Source of the DNA: Escherichia phage vB_EcoP_ShWW44
Sequence record: PQ900156.1
Direction: 5' to 3' (one strand)
Length of the DNA: 64,000 nucleotides
Part shown: positions 39,552-51,335 of the stretch, piece after piece
Position numbering within the stretch: the first letter of the stretch is position 1
How the letters are laid out: each line of letters starts with the position of its first letter
Notes under the pieces: model-generated
What the model saw: the letters and a program-made list of their open reading frames with translations, nothing else
The model's database searches: none
What the model was told of the DNA's origin: nothing
Program-made: the position numbers and the translations under genes

Positions 39552-41498
39552 TTATCGAGGTTGCATATAGGGAGGTAAACCCTCTGCTAATTTTCGATAA
39601 CGTTTAGCTCGTTCTTCATCTTCACGACTACGCTCACGTTCTACTGAAACATTAGAACGGAAGTTCTGTGGAACCAGGTTTCCTTGGTTAGCTACCACAG
39701 TATTAACAGCAGCATCGAGTGCAGCTCGTGCCCTTGCTAACTCAGCCTCACGAGCAGGGATAGTAGCAGCAAGCCCACTTTGACCAGCAGCTACACGACG
39801 ACGGGTATCAGCGAGTAAGGCTTCTGCTTGTGTTACCTGGTTCTGAGCGTTTTCAATATTACCCTGTACCTGAGTAAGAACATTATCACGAGCAGTAGCT
39901 TCAATACCTTCCCCACGTCGTACTGAACGTGCTAGTTCTCTGGCAACGGTATCGTCAATACGAATACCTCCTCCACCTTCATTGGAGATGAATGGGTTAA
40001 GTGCATCAAGTGCTCGACTAATCATACCTTCCGGTACGTTGGTAGTAGATTGTTTAAGAATCTCGGCAGCTACAGCAGGAGACTGCCCGGATTCCTGCAT
40101 AACATCATTCAGTCGAGCTATCATCCATCCTTTCTCAGAACCTTTGAAAGCATCCTTAAGAAGACGGTCTGCTACTTCACCAATGGTAGAGTTGTCACGC
40201 AATGCACGGGCATAGTTAGCAGTAATGGTTCCAGTATTATCTTCAGACTGACGTGCGGCAACTGTATTGCCTGCCATGTTTGAGACTACTTGTTGGGTCT
40301 GTAACTGATCAATAGGAGCACCTACTTCTGCCTGTGCAATTAACTGACGTGCTTCACTCCATGGCATATCCTTATAACCACCTACACCCAAGTCAGGCAA
40401 TGCAGCCCAAGTCTTGGAAAGGTTACCATTCTTACGGTCATTGAAGATTGCTTCAGCTATTTTGTCCTGTACTTCAGGAGTCATTTGCTGATTACGCCAA
40501 TCCGAACCAAGTACCTTGGGAGCATAGTCTTCCAGAGTAGCTTTATTAATCTGGAATGCTCCTACAGGAGAATGACCTTGCGACGGGTTATTAATCATAG
40601 TTTGCTGATGATTGGTAACCTCACCAAGGGTCATCTCGGTAATAGGCTTATCAGTAGCAGCAAAGGTATAGGTTGCATCGTAAGGTGATCCAGAACGAGT
40701 ACCAGCAGTGCCTGGAGCAGAACCAGAAGCAGACGTTGCATAAGTACCTGGGAATCTCTGGTTCACACCTCGCATGATTGCAGCACGTACACCAGGGGAA
40801 GCATTCTGCATAGCAGACTCTGCCAATGTAAGAGCATCCATAGGAGTGGAAGCACTACGGAAAATATCCGTCAGTATACCGGATGCAGCTTGTGAATCAG
40901 CATCATTACGTTGAGTCACACCCAAATCAAAGCGGTTCTGTGCTTGGTTAATAGCCTGACCACCTTGACCTTGCAGACGACTTAACATATCCAGTTGTTG
41001 GTCAGCAGGAAGTGCAGACAGTGCATCACGAGTCTGACTCAATGCAGCATTAATACGATTCTGGTCACCAGACTGATAAGCCTCAGACAATAAACGAATA
41101 GCTGGAGATGCATTATCTAATGCAGAGTCAGTATTCTGTAAACGACCAAACGTATAAGCATTGAAGTCATTAATTCCCTGTTGCCCTTGCTGAGTCAGAA
41201 GTGTACTTGCTCGCTCATCCAGATTCTGAAGGGTATGTTGGTTTACCAATGAAGGGTCAACCCCCTGAAATAGTGCACCGGATGCCAAAGCATTACGGTA
41301 TTCAGTAGGGTCTTGATACTGCATAGCATTCATCATGACGGCATTGCCAGCCTCCTGCTTGGCAGCGTTCTGGAAATTACCCAGTGCATCACTTAAGCCG
41401 GAGGTGGCGTTACCAATCATGTTGCCAAATGTGCGAATGCTGTCACCAACTCCAGAGAAGTTAGGTGCATCAACATTACGCCATGTAATTTGAGCCAT
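39552..41498 (-). CDS. virion protein (N4 gp51/52 position), possible lysozyme-like segment
   Basis: 648 aa; AGGAAA RBS; SPVGAFQINKATLEDY weakly resembles glycosidase motifs. Confidence 0.5.
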   Translation of the reverse strand: MAQITWRNVDAPNFSGVGDSIRTFGNMIGNATSGLSDALGNFQNAAKQEAGNAVMMNAMQYQDPTEYRNALASGALFQGVDPSLVNQHTLQNLDERASTLLTQQGQQGINDFNAYTFGRLQNTDSALDNASPAIRLLSEAYQSGDQNRINAALSQTRDALSALPADQQLDMLSRLQGQGGQAINQAQNRFDLGVTQRNDADSQAASGILTDIFRSASTPMDALTLAESAMQNASPGVRAAIMRGVNQRFPGTYATSASGSAPGTAGTRSGSPYDATYTFAATDKPITEMTLGEVTNHQQTMINNPSQGHSPVGAFQINKATLEDYAPKVLGSDWRNQQMTPEVQDKIAEAIFNDRKNGNLSKTWAALPDLGVGGYKDMPWSEARQLIAQAEVGAPIDQLQTQQVVSNMAGNTVAARQSEDNTGTITANYARALRDNSTIGEVADRLLKDAFKGSEKGWMIARLNDVMQESGQSPAVAAEILKQSTTNVPEGMISRALDALNPFISNEGGGGIRIDDTVARELARSVRRGEGIEATARDNVLTQVQGNIENAQNQVTQAEALLADTRRRVAAGQSGLAATIPAREAELARARAALDAAVNTVVANQGNLVPQNFRSNVSVERERSREDEERAKRYRKLAEGLPPYMQPR

Positions 41499-41510
41499 GA
41501 TGGTTTCCTA

Positions 41511-41954
41511 TTAACGAGTTAGCTTGTTAGCTGCAATGTAAGCATCAGCAGTAGATTGGTCACGGTTCTCTGCTGTAGCACGGCTACGAGCACGGTCTTC
41601 CAGCGCAGTGTTATAAGACTTAATCTGGTTGTTCAGGTTAGTGTTAGTAACACTCTTAGTAAAGTTCAACTGGTCTTTGGCTAACTTATTGGCCTGAAAA
41701 CCACCATAGATATTAGCTAATGAACCAATAGCACCTAGTCCTAACTGGAAGGTTGGTACGTTCAGACCCAACTGATTAGCTGAACCAGACAGGAAAGAAG
41801 TAGGGGTAGATGCACCCAAATTAGTACCCATACCAATAGCTGCACCTGGGTTATAGTTCATAGCTGGGGTATTAAAGTTCTGATTGTTATTAGACATCCA
41901 AGACATAGCAGCTGGCTGTGGGGTTTGGTTGCCTGTTAAGAATGACAAATCCAT
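41511..41954 (-). CDS. virion protein, hypothetical (about 148 aa)
   Basis: Start trimmed to ATG with AGGAGA RBS (track start is TTG). Confidence 0.5.
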   Translation of the reverse strand: MDLSFLTGNQTPQPAAMSWMSNNNQNFNTPAMNYNPGAAIGMGTNLGASTPTSFLSGSANQLGLNVPTFQLGLGAIGSLANIYGGFQANKLAKDQLNFTKSVTNTNLNNQIKSYNTALEDRARSRATAENRDQSTADAYIAANKLTR

Positions 41955-41967
41955 GGGGATTCTCCTG

Positions 41968-44622
41968 TTAAACAAGGTCAGTATTAAGGGTCATGTCAGA
42001 GAAGCTGCCAACCATGTTTAAAGACATGTCAGCTATATCTGAACCAGTCATGAGAGTACGTGACAGGAATGAATCCATTGACTCCATTGACACGAATTGC
42101 ATTGGGTCAATTACACCCTGTCCAGCAGTACCAAACATTTCTTCATACTGCTTATTGATTGCCATCATATCAGTATTGTACTGCTGCATTACACTCTCTG
42201 CTTTCTGAATAGTAGCAGCCGTAGATGCATTAATATACTGACTAATACCATTACCTACTGAACTGGTAAGCTGCATGATGTTTTGGGCATTCATCATTTC
42301 ACCGGCTAAGGTAGATAATGATGTACCAGTAGACATAGCAGTACCAACATTCATAGCTACCATTGAAGCAATTGCAGCAATAATAAAGCCTAGTTTGTCG
42401 CCAAACAGTGAAGTGGATACTTTAGTAATAATGGATATCAGAATCATTGCAGCAATGGCATTTGCTACAGCACCAACTATCACGGCAGCTAATCCAGCAA
42501 ACCCAAGAGATGCACCAACTGCACCATATGCTCCAAGTATACCTGCACCACCAGTACCCATAGTGAATACGGATACAACGACTGCAACTACAACCACCAC
42601 AATCTTAAAGGCAGATGTTTGATACCACTTCTGCTTAACCTTCTTATATGAGTTCATCACTAAGTAGGAACAGGCAGTAGATAATTGAGTACTTCGAACC
42701 AGTGACATTGAACGGTAGATGTTAGTGTGCAGTGGAATAATAAATCCACTCTCTTCTGCATCACCCATTGCCTCAGCAACATCAATGTGCACTGACTTAT
42801 TCTTATATACCCAGTTATTGTGGTTTAAACCTAGTACTCTGAGTTTACGGTAAGTGTTATTACCATCCTGCCAGAGTAACTCATACTCCTGCATAGAGTA
42901 GAATGTATATGTAACCTCCAGCTTCTTAACTGAACCTGAGTTACTAGCAGTATGTATGTTCTTGCGAGTAAGGGTTATATCTCCTGCATATCTGGCTCGA
43001 AGTTGTCCCTGCTTAGCACCAGACCATGCTTGCCCTGAGTGAGTAGTTTCAGATACATAGTTCCAGCCAATAGTCATGTCATACTTGTACTGCTTATTAC
43101 TATGTACCCTAAACTCTCGCTTAGGTATGACTGGGTATTCTGGTAGTGGAGGAGGTGTTCCAACAATCTGACCTTCCTGCCTGTTCCACCATTCTACATA
43201 AGCATCGACTGCATCATTAGCTGCCTGATAGCCTGCAATTACTGCTTCCAGTGTCGGGTAGGTTGGGTCAGGTGGAAATGCTTCAGTAGCCATCTGAAAG
43301 AAACGGTAGATGTATTCTTTAGCAGTATCCTCTGGGGTATTAAGAGATACACCGAATGTGCCATAAATGTACTGAATATCACCTATGTGATCATTCTTCT
43401 TAAGCTCTGTCACTACCTTATCGATTTTTCCACCAGTAGCTTTATAAAGAGCCTTTTTACAGTGAGGGTAGATTGAGTCATTCTCTACCCACTGTTTATC
43501 GTTCCTGATTGGAATGAATGGGTAGAATCGGTTATCAGTAGCCTCAGTATTAAACAGTGAGTCTAGAGCAACGTTACCAGAGTTCTGCTTATAGATAAGC
43601 ATCTTAGGTGTACCTACAGCAGTCATCTCAGTATCAGTACGAGTAGTCTGGGATGAGTACTTACGAACCAGTGTCTCTGTAGTTGTAGTAATTGTATCGG
43701 TACGGGTAACACCACCACCTATATCAACTACATTAGTTGTTACAGTAGTACTGGACTGAACCTCACCAAACTTTTTATGGGTCATTACCCTGTCAGATAC
43801 AACTACAGTTACATCATCAGGTTTCTCAGTGAATCCCTTACGGTAAACCTTAACGTAAGAGTTCCAGTTATCCACACTTGGTTCGGTGACAGTACTATCT
43901 TCATCCGGTCTACCATCAGAGTAAACAGAATGAGTATGTATAGTCTTAGTAAGATTGGTTGTATTAGCTGTTGTATCACTTGATACGGTAGTCCATAGCA
44001 AAGTGGAGGGTAAGTCATCCTCACTATCATAGACAGTAGTCGGTCCTACTACAGGTGGATTAGTAGATGGGGACTTATAGAATGAGTAATCAGCATAGAG
44101 ATACAAAGCACCTGGTTCAAAGTTAGTAGGTGTGAATTTAATAGTGGAACCTCCATCCAGAGAGGTCATAGTAATTTCATTGGTATCTTCATCAATGTCT
44201 ATGTCGAATCGTTCCATGATTCGACTTGGAGCATTCTCATAAAGATACTGGTCACACCATTGCTCAAAGTCAGCAAAGCCTATCTCTGCTGCCTGAACAT
44301 AAACGGATTCCCCAGCAGGTGGTGTAATTTGACCCTCTATTACAGTAGGGTCAATCTTAGCCAGTACACCTAATGAAGAACCAGCCATACCAACTTCTGA
44401 ATCATAGTGGTTCTTACTCCAGCTGGAGAACAGTCGCATACGAATACCCGGCCCATTCAGATAACTATCAGAGATAGTGTCTGCCATAGTGAATCCTGTA
44501 TTGGAAACAATGTTACCAATGACTACAGTCTTCATATAGTTTGGGCGTTTGTGTATATCCCCTGCCATGTTATAGACAGAGGATGCTACGTATACTTTAG
44601 TCTTCCCACTGAATAAGCCCAT
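41968..44622 (-). CDS. large virion protein with C-terminal hydrophobic Gly/Ala-rich segments (possible ejection/channel protein)
   Basis: 884 aa; C-terminal about 150 aa contain several TM-like Gly/Ala/Val-rich helices. Confidence 0.5.
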   Translation of the reverse strand: MGLFSGKTKVYVASSVYNMAGDIHKRPNYMKTVVIGNIVSNTGFTMADTISDSYLNGPGIRMRLFSSWSKNHYDSEVGMAGSSLGVLAKIDPTVIEGQITPPAGESVYVQAAEIGFADFEQWCDQYLYENAPSRIMERFDIDIDEDTNEITMTSLDGGSTIKFTPTNFEPGALYLYADYSFYKSPSTNPPVVGPTTVYDSEDDLPSTLLWTTVSSDTTANTTNLTKTIHTHSVYSDGRPDEDSTVTEPSVDNWNSYVKVYRKGFTEKPDDVTVVVSDRVMTHKKFGEVQSSTTVTTNVVDIGGGVTRTDTITTTTETLVRKYSSQTTRTDTEMTAVGTPKMLIYKQNSGNVALDSLFNTEATDNRFYPFIPIRNDKQWVENDSIYPHCKKALYKATGGKIDKVVTELKKNDHIGDIQYIYGTFGVSLNTPEDTAKEYIYRFFQMATEAFPPDPTYPTLEAVIAGYQAANDAVDAYVEWWNRQEGQIVGTPPPLPEYPVIPKREFRVHSNKQYKYDMTIGWNYVSETTHSGQAWSGAKQGQLRARYAGDITLTRKNIHTASNSGSVKKLEVTYTFYSMQEYELLWQDGNNTYRKLRVLGLNHNNWVYKNKSVHIDVAEAMGDAEESGFIIPLHTNIYRSMSLVRSTQLSTACSYLVMNSYKKVKQKWYQTSAFKIVVVVVAVVVSVFTMGTGGAGILGAYGAVGASLGFAGLAAVIVGAVANAIAAMILISIITKVSTSLFGDKLGFIIAAIASMVAMNVGTAMSTGTSLSTLAGEMMNAQNIMQLTSSVGNGISQYINASTAATIQKAESVMQQYNTDMMAINKQYEEMFGTAGQGVIDPMQFVSMESMDSFLSRTLMTGSDIADMSLNMVGSFSDMTLNTDLV

Positions 44623-44623
44623 A

Positions 44624-45466
44624 TTAGTTCAGCCCGTTGTTAGACTTCAGCTTGGTCAAAATGGTATCAATACTTGCGTTAGTGAAACCATTAGGTGGAT
44701 TCAAGCCTTCATCAATAGTTTTCTGAGTAATCCATGCATCAGTAAACAGCTTAGATGCTTTAACTTCTGCATCCCGTTGATAAGAAGTAATCTGTTGAGA
44801 GTACAACTCTTTCTGTTTACCTACAGAACCAGTAACTAGTGTTCCATCACTACGGGTATCCAGTGTCTGTGCACGTTGTGCTTCGGTCTGCTCAGTAACC
44901 AGCTTAAGCTGTTGAGGTAACATCTGACTGGCGTTAAACAATGCAGCACAGTATGTCTCAGACTCAGTAGCAATTTTCATCTTAGTAAGAGCATATTCAC
45001 TCTTAGCAGACAGTGCCTGAATCTTAGCCAATACAAACTGTGCTTTAGAAGTTGCCAGTGTGACACGAGCAGTAACTGCTTGAATCTGTGCCATAGCAGC
45101 AGCCCAGTATGCTTGGTCACGACCAAGTAAGAACTGAACAGCATTACTCATGCAGGATTCCATCATAGCAATATATGCTTTGGTATATTCACCACCTGTA
45201 ATACGGTTAGCCTTAAACTCAGCTTTAAGGTGATTATGTGCAGATTCCATTAATGCATCAAACGTACCACTACCACCTACTTCACGGGTAGTAAGTGATT
45301 CATTGGATATTTTATCAATAGCACCAAAGATTGGAGAATCATCCCCACCAGGGATATCCCATTCAGGGCCAGACATATCAATATCAGGAAGGGTAAAGTC
45401 ATCACCCTTAGTTAACTCTTCTAGGAGTCGGTTAGCTTCTACCTCAGCAGAACAAGACATAATCAT
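44624..45466 (-). CDS. virion structural protein, hypothetical (280 aa)
   Basis: ORF in late block between capsid and tail/ejection genes. Confidence 0.5.
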   Translation of the reverse strand: MIMSCSAEVEANRLLEELTKGDDFTLPDIDMSGPEWDIPGGDDSPIFGAIDKISNESLTTREVGGSGTFDALMESAHNHLKAEFKANRITGGEYTKAYIAMMESCMSNAVQFLLGRDQAYWAAAMAQIQAVTARVTLATSKAQFVLAKIQALSAKSEYALTKMKIATESETYCAALFNASQMLPQQLKLVTEQTEAQRAQTLDTRSDGTLVTGSVGKQKELYSQQITSYQRDAEVKASKLFTDAWITQKTIDEGLNPPNGFTNASIDTILTKLKSNNGLN

Positions 45467-45536
45467 TCCTCTTGGTTCAAAAAGAAACGGCCCACGGAGT
45501 TACCCCAGTGAGCCGTGTTGAACTGTAGCTTATACG

Positions 45537-46178
45537 TTAATCGTTAAGGCTACCAGCAGCAATCTGTGCTTGAGCCAGTTGAGCTAATTCTGCTTCAGTC
45601 AACGGAGGCAGTACTTCAATGGAGAACTCACGTGCTTCTGTTGCACGGATATCTGGTAAGCCATTCTTACCTTTACGAGTGGTAATGTTAATGAACTTAC
45701 GCTCTTTAAGGAACTCGTAGATACAGTACGGAATATGATAACCATTGTCGGTTACTTCACCGAATGGAACAAACTTACGCACAGTACCCATATATTCGTT
45801 AGCTACGGTGATAATCTCACCCGGCAGGTCTTTCTTCTTGGGGTCAAGGTTCTGGATACGTACACGAATCAGTCGAGTCTGTTCTGCACGAATCTTCTGA
45901 CCCAGGGTCATCTTCTTAACGCCAGCTTCTTGATTAGCACCTAGTGGGTTAACAGCAGCTTCTTCTACTACTGGTTCATCTTTTACTTGTGCAGCTTCAA
46001 TCTTCTCACGAAGCTTCTCAACGGAAATGTTGTTAGAGAACTTGATATTCATCAACGTTGCACGTTGCTTAAGAACTTCAAGTTCACTAGGCATTGCAAT
46101 ATCGTTAACGGTATCTTCGTTGCCCTGTACGTTCACTTCTACGTCAGTGGTCGGTTTATCGTTAATGCTCATGTTCAT
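45537..46178 (-). CDS. virion structural protein, hypothetical (213 aa)
   Basis: ORF directly downstream of the major capsid gene. Confidence 0.5.
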   Translation of the reverse strand: MNMSINDKPTTDVEVNVQGNEDTVNDIAMPSELEVLKQRATLMNIKFSNNISVEKLREKIEAAQVKDEPVVEEAAVNPLGANQEAGVKKMTLGQKIRAEQTRLIRVRIQNLDPKKKDLPGEIITVANEYMGTVRKFVPFGEVTDNGYHIPYCIYEFLKERKFINITTRKGKNGLPDIRATEAREFSIEVLPPLTEAELAQLAQAQIAAGSLND

Positions 46179-46207
46179 ATTTCCTGTGGTTCATTTAGTT
46201 TTATTAA

Positions 46208-46236
46208 GAGGGGGACATAAGTCCCCCTTGTTTTAT
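46208..46236. other. GC-rich stem-loop downstream of the capsid gene; T-tract is on the plus strand
   Basis: GGGGGAC-ataa-GTCCCCC; plus strand follows with TTGTTTTATTT, minus-strand transcript follows with UCUUAAU. Confidence 0.4.
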
Positions 46237-46245
46237 TTCGGACTA

Positions 46246-47448
46246 TTACAGAGGAGCAACAGTCTTAATCAGAGCCAGACGTTCTGGGCGTTTAACCAGG
46301 ATACCATAGTACCACTTGATAGAACTGAAGCCAGTTTCACCATACGGGTCATTACGGTCAGCAGTTTCTTTACCAGGCATCTTAGTCATGATGGTGAACT
46401 TAACAGACTTACCATCAGTCTGGAAGCCAATGGTAGAGAAGGAATCATCACCAACTACCAGCATCGGGAACACATCGTAGTGCTCCTGACCAGATACCAT
46501 AGAAGTACGGTAACCTGGGTTAGTAGTAACCTGTGCACCAGCACCTGCCCAGTGCAGCATTTCAGGAACCTGGATAATACGGAACTTATCAATACAACCG
46601 ATTTCACCATTCATCAGAGTACCAGCATCAGCATAGTGCTGAACTTCGATGAATGCTTTGTTACCGAACAGGTCTTTCATCGCTTTCAGTTCTGGAACCA
46701 GCTCAGAACCAACGTACATTACACGAGTACCACCAAGTACTTTGGTATCTGTCAGTTTAGAACCAGTGATGATAGTAGTCTGGGTCGGAGTACGGTTCTC
46801 AGTAAGAATCTGGTCAAGACGCATCAGGTTCTTATAAGAAACTACAGACGGGGTAGAACCTTCACCGGTGATGGTTGCATCAGAGACAGCAGCACCTGCA
46901 TACAGTACAGTACCAGCAGCAGCCAGCAGGTCTTTTTGGAGAACAGCTTCAGTCAACTGTACAGCACCGTTCATCAGTTCACGAGACAGGTGTTCTTTCA
47001 GTTGATCATCGGAATCAAAGTCCAGAGACTCTTGAGTAAATTCGTAGAAGAAGCCGAACTTATGAATAGAACCTTCACGAGCCAGACGAGTAAAGCCTAC
47101 ACGGTTAACACGACCACCATTCTCTGACAGCAGAGGCAGTTTAGAAGTAATGTTACCTACGTCTTTGGAAGAACCGTACAGGTTACCGTTAACGATGGTA
47201 GCACCATTAGCATCAATACCCTGGTCGTTAATGTTCTTATCGTCGAGCAGAGGAACGTACTCATATACCTTAACAGTCTTACCGTAGTTCTTCGGCATGT
47301 TAACGGTGTTAGCCAGAGGCATAAAATACTGATCTTTACGGGACTGAATAATAGCTTTCTTCAGCCAGTAATAGGTATTCATCTGGTCGGAACCAGCACC
47401 ATCAATGCTAGATTTCTGACCGTCAATTGGAGCGTTATAGTTTAACAT
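46246..47448 (-). CDS. major capsid protein (N4 gp56-like by size and position)
   Basis: 400 aa; AGGAATGAGA RBS; followed by strong stem-loop; synteny with portal. Confidence 0.6.
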   Translation of the reverse strand: MLNYNAPIDGQKSSIDGAGSDQMNTYYWLKKAIIQSRKDQYFMPLANTVNMPKNYGKTVKVYEYVPLLDDKNINDQGIDANGATIVNGNLYGSSKDVGNITSKLPLLSENGGRVNRVGFTRLAREGSIHKFGFFYEFTQESLDFDSDDQLKEHLSRELMNGAVQLTEAVLQKDLLAAAGTVLYAGAAVSDATITGEGSTPSVVSYKNLMRLDQILTENRTPTQTTIITGSKLTDTKVLGGTRVMYVGSELVPELKAMKDLFGNKAFIEVQHYADAGTLMNGEIGCIDKFRIIQVPEMLHWAGAGAQVTTNPGYRTSMVSGQEHYDVFPMLVVGDDSFSTIGFQTDGKSVKFTIMTKMPGKETADRNDPYGETGFSSIKWYYGILVKRPERLALIKTVAPL

Positions 47449-47464
47449 ATCATCTCATTCCTGT

Positions 47465-48685
47465 TTAAAGACTACCCGGTACTGGGAGTTTAGCGAAATC
47501 TTCATCACTCATAGCGAGTGGGTTTACAATAGGTGTTGCTTTACGTGTAGCAGCCCGATTAAGGGAAGCTGCTTTAGCTTGCTCGTTGTTAGCCAGAGTC
47601 TGCTTAGGTTGTGCCACACGCACTACCGGCTGAACTGCTGGTTTAACTGCTTGTACTGGTTCAGGCTTAGCCACTTGGTTAAATGCTCCCTGTTGTGCAA
47701 GGAGGTTACCAACGTAGTTATAAGCCTGAATGAACGGAGTACCTACCGGAATCTGACCTAACACCTGAAGACGATTCACTTCATTAGCAATGGTGTCATA
47801 AATACCATTCTCACGTTGTTCGTGAATGGTGTGGAGTAAGCCACGATTCTGATAAAGAGCATCTTTACTGGCAGCATCCCATGTCGAGCTAATAACACCT
47901 AATGTAGCTTGTCCTTCTTGAGTAGACTTTAAGTCGTCAATTTCGGTTGCAAAATCTGCTTCGGTGTCTGTAACACGGTGTTTGCCACCCTGGTAGTTAA
48001 TCTCCTCTTCTGGATTAAAGTCCAGAGGATCTGTACCAGAGTCTTTCAACAACTTTTTAATGGCTTCAGGATTCTTCTTATCCAGGTCAATCAGGAAAGA
48101 AAGTTTATCCTCATCCATTAAACCGTTGTTCTGTAGCATCAGCATTACCTTACGGTACGGCTGAAGTTCTTGCATCTTACGAGTATAGTTAGCACCCATC
48201 TGCATCAGGCTAATGGCCTCCTCCGGTGAACGGGGAGTAATCATTTTGCCGTTAGCTTTAAAAGGAGCCATCAACTTCTCATAACCTTCCTTATAGTTGA
48301 AGTCAGCAGGCAGACCTTCAGACTGTTTGCCTTCTTCTTTCTGTTCCTGGCCTGGTTCAGCAGTAGAAGGTTCAGCTTCAGTAATCGGCTTACCGTTACT
48401 ATCAACTTCTGTGTCAACAACTTTATCATCAACTTTATCAGAAGTTAAAGAATTTGCTGAATCATCTTCATCTGGGTCAGGTTCAGTGGGGGTTTCTTCA
48501 GTTGGTAGGTCTTCAACAGCAGAGGGGTCAACTTCTTCATCAGGAGTCTGTACGCCGTTGGTTTCTGGGTTGTTCTGAGTGGAAGTATCTTCCTCAGCAA
48601 TAATAGCTGGGGCTTCCATATTCAGAATCTCATCATCCGACATTGCGAGAATGTCGGAAGCTGTGGTTGCAGCTTCCGTAGTCAT
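47465..48685 (-). CDS. acidic/Pro-rich protein upstream of capsid gene, possible scaffolding protein
   Basis: N-terminal 130 aa rich in D/E/P/T; position between portal and capsid. Confidence 0.4.
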   Translation of the reverse strand: MTTEAATTASDILAMSDDEILNMEAPAIIAEEDTSTQNNPETNGVQTPDEEVDPSAVEDLPTEETPTEPDPDEDDSANSLTSDKVDDKVVDTEVDSNGKPITEAEPSTAEPGQEQKEEGKQSEGLPADFNYKEGYEKLMAPFKANGKMITPRSPEEAISLMQMGANYTRKMQELQPYRKVMLMLQNNGLMDEDKLSFLIDLDKKNPEAIKKLLKDSGTDPLDFNPEEEINYQGGKHRVTDTEADFATEIDDLKSTQEGQATLGVISSTWDAASKDALYQNRGLLHTIHEQRENGIYDTIANEVNRLQVLGQIPVGTPFIQAYNYVGNLLAQQGAFNQVAKPEPVQAVKPAVQPVVRVAQPKQTLANNEQAKAASLNRAATRKATPIVNPLAMSDEDFAKLPVPGSL

Positions 48686-48704
48686 AGGAAATATCTCCGG
48701 TTAA

Positions 48705-49049
48705 TTATTCGTCTTCAGGTTCAGCACGAACTGCATCGAGTTCTTCTTCTACCTGAAGAATAACGTCAGCTTCATTCTCACCCATACGAATGGCGAGGTC
48801 GAGCCAACGACGTAAGTGACCAGCAGCTTGGGCCATATTCAGTGCATCTGCACGGTTATTAGGTTCAAGCAGTGGGTCACCAGACTCCTGCACGTAACGT
48901 GCACAATCTTCCACACAGAACTGGCGAAGGATTACTTTACGGAACAGTGGGTTCTCCAGAAGTTTACGTACATCTTCTGCATGTGCAACTGCACCTTTAG
49001 CAGCTTCCAGTCGATGTTCCAGTCCTGCGATTGTTGATTCTTTACTCAT
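48705..49049 (-). CDS. hypothetical protein (114 aa)
   Basis: ORF between portal and scaffold-like gene. Confidence 0.5.
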   Translation of the reverse strand: MSKESTIAGLEHRLEAAKGAVAHAEDVRKLLENPLFRKVILRQFCVEDCARYVQESGDPLLEPNNRADALNMAQAAGHLRRWLDLAIRMGENEADVILQVEEELDAVRAEPEDE

Positions 49050-49062
49050 GTGAAGGTCTGCC

Positions 49063-51333
49063 TTATAAGTTCATACCAAGAGCCGATGCTGGGTCTTGGC
49101 TAGGGTCATAAAACTGGGAACTAAGTGAATAAGTCGGGTCTTGCTGTGCAGCTAAGTCACGTTCCTGTAAAGAGTTCCCGTTAGTCAAAGCATTATATCC
49201 GACAGCAGCAGATATGTTGGGGGTAGTTTCACCTTCTTTAGTAGGTGTTGTCAACGCCTTAGTTATTTGAAGGTTCTGGTTTCCTTGAGATTGTGCTTTT
49301 TGTTTCTCCATATCACGAGCATGTTTAGTACCAGATTCCTGTTCCAGATAATCCAGGTCTTTGAGGTCACCGCTAGAAATAGCTTCTTTAGCCTTAGCAT
49401 TATTGAGTGCAATCTTACTTTTCAACTCTTCATTCTCAAGCTGTGCTTTCTGAATTGCTAATTGCTTAAGCTGTTCTTCCATAGGGTCTGGTTGTGGTTT
49501 CCAGGTACGTAATTCATGAGCAAGGTCTGGCATACGTTTAAGTTCTGCAATCTTAGCTACAAGAGATAACGTAATAGTCTGGTCAACTGTATTACCTAAC
49601 GTTTGAACCATGAAGCTCAAATCCTGAGATTTCTGGTTATCAATTTCAGCAGTATTAATATCAACCTCAATATCGAAGTTACCTTTAAGGTCTTCACGGT
49701 TAATTTCTACATACTGCTCATTAGTAATACGTACTACTTCCTTCTCAGATAAGAACACAGCATTCATTGCACAAATCTTAGTACCAATGTCTGCCATACC
49801 CTTAGCTAATCGGCGAAGGATTGCCATCTCACGTTTGGATGCTGCATCAAGTGCACCGCGGATACCAGCAGCTACATCTCCATAAGCTGCACCAGTTACA
49901 CCACCAGAAAATGCTTTAACACCAGTTAGTGCCTCTGCTTCCTGGTTCTGCATCTGAGTCATTACTATTGCCGACTGAGGTAACTCAGGGAACTTGTGTT
50001 CCATAATGGCCTGACTAGGATTCCCCTGCATTGGGTTGTATTCATAGTCTTGCCCATCATCATATCGACGACGGTTTAGAGTATCTAACATCCCTTTAGG
50101 ATAACCACGTTGCCCGTTTGCACTTCGACCCAACAGGTCAATCATCCCACGCATTGTTGCACCAAGAATTGCTTGGTTATCCCCTAGTAGTTCAGCGTCA
50201 GCTTCACCAAAGAGTTCACGTTTACGTGGCATGTAAGGGACAACTACCAGAGGTAACTTACCATCTGGGAATGGGTTCTTCTCCATACGAATAAGAGTAG
50301 AACCAATCCAGGTAGCAACAATTGGTTCCAGTGAACCGTCATCATTAATGTCGTAAAATCCCCAGTACTCATAAGCAACTACTTTCTTACGTAATGCATC
50401 TTTAAACTGGAAATCACCAGGAGTTTTACTTTCATGGTCTGGGTCAGTCATAGGGCTAGAACTTTCCCAGTCAATTTTATCCAGATTGTGATAGCGGTCT
50501 TTGTTCTTCATGAGGTCTGCTTTGCAAGTCTCAAATGAGATAACTGCATAAAGAGCCTTATCCAAATCACCATTACAGCTTGGGTCAATAACTACGTTGT
50601 TGGGGTTAAGCATTTCAACAGTAGGTCTGTTAACCAGTGCTTTTTCTACTTCTACTTCAGTAACACCCGTCTGGATTGCATAGGTAGCTTCCCCAGTTTC
50701 ATTGAAGTAGTTAACAGCTTCCTTAATATCTTCTGGCATCGTTTCGTCATATTCACGAGGATTCTCTGCCTGAAGCTGTAAAGCCTGCTGAAGAATATCT
50801 GCTTGTTCCTGGTTCTCAATTGGATACAACTGGAAGACTGGGGTTTCTGTTTTAATCTTAACAGTCTTACGTTCCCAACCAATACGAGCAATGCCAGTAC
50901 CATCGTCTACGACACTGTGTACGTAATCATCCACCAGTTTTACTTTATTAAGCTGGGTACGGAATTGGTAGTTAAGCACTAGTTCATTCTGACGTGCAGC
51001 TAACTCATCCTCAAAAGTAACAGGGGTTACTTTAAAAAGTTTGTTAGACGAGAGGAATGGTTCTGACAATGGTGCATAACGCCATTCTGCCTGACGGCGA
51101 ACCAGTCTAGGCTGGACTTGGGAACGGCCCTTAACCTTTGGGGGTTTAGCCTTACCCTTAACTTCCATCAAGTCATTCCACTCACGAATCTGAGCCATGA
51201 TTGCATCGTGAGCAGGTTTAGCTGATTCCAAATCACCTTTCAGTAATTGGATACTTGGTTCCTTCTTCCAGTCCGTTAACTTCTCTGATTGAGCCGGGTC
51301 TGGTAAAGGCTTAAAAGTGTCTTGGTGTTCCAT
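49063..51333 (-). CDS. portal protein (N4 gp59-like by size and position)
   Basis: 756 aa; position between lysis cassette and capsid module. Confidence 0.55.
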   Translation of the reverse strand: MEHQDTFKPLPDPAQSEKLTDWKKEPSIQLLKGDLESAKPAHDAIMAQIREWNDLMEVKGKAKPPKVKGRSQVQPRLVRRQAEWRYAPLSEPFLSSNKLFKVTPVTFEDELAARQNELVLNYQFRTQLNKVKLVDDYVHSVVDDGTGIARIGWERKTVKIKTETPVFQLYPIENQEQADILQQALQLQAENPREYDETMPEDIKEAVNYFNETGEATYAIQTGVTEVEVEKALVNRPTVEMLNPNNVVIDPSCNGDLDKALYAVISFETCKADLMKNKDRYHNLDKIDWESSSPMTDPDHESKTPGDFQFKDALRKKVVAYEYWGFYDINDDGSLEPIVATWIGSTLIRMEKNPFPDGKLPLVVVPYMPRKRELFGEADAELLGDNQAILGATMRGMIDLLGRSANGQRGYPKGMLDTLNRRRYDDGQDYEYNPMQGNPSQAIMEHKFPELPQSAIVMTQMQNQEAEALTGVKAFSGGVTGAAYGDVAAGIRGALDAASKREMAILRRLAKGMADIGTKICAMNAVFLSEKEVVRITNEQYVEINREDLKGNFDIEVDINTAEIDNQKSQDLSFMVQTLGNTVDQTITLSLVAKIAELKRMPDLAHELRTWKPQPDPMEEQLKQLAIQKAQLENEELKSKIALNNAKAKEAISSGDLKDLDYLEQESGTKHARDMEKQKAQSQGNQNLQITKALTTPTKEGETTPNISAAVGYNALTNGNSLQERDLAAQQDPTYSLSSQFYDPSQDPASALGMNL

Positions 51334-51335
51334 AG

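Noticed and set aside
46027-47127. 366-aa plus-strand ORF
   Set aside because: Lies entirely antisense to the major capsid gene, has Ser/Thr/Leu-rich low-complexity composition and no RBS; most likely a chance open frame.
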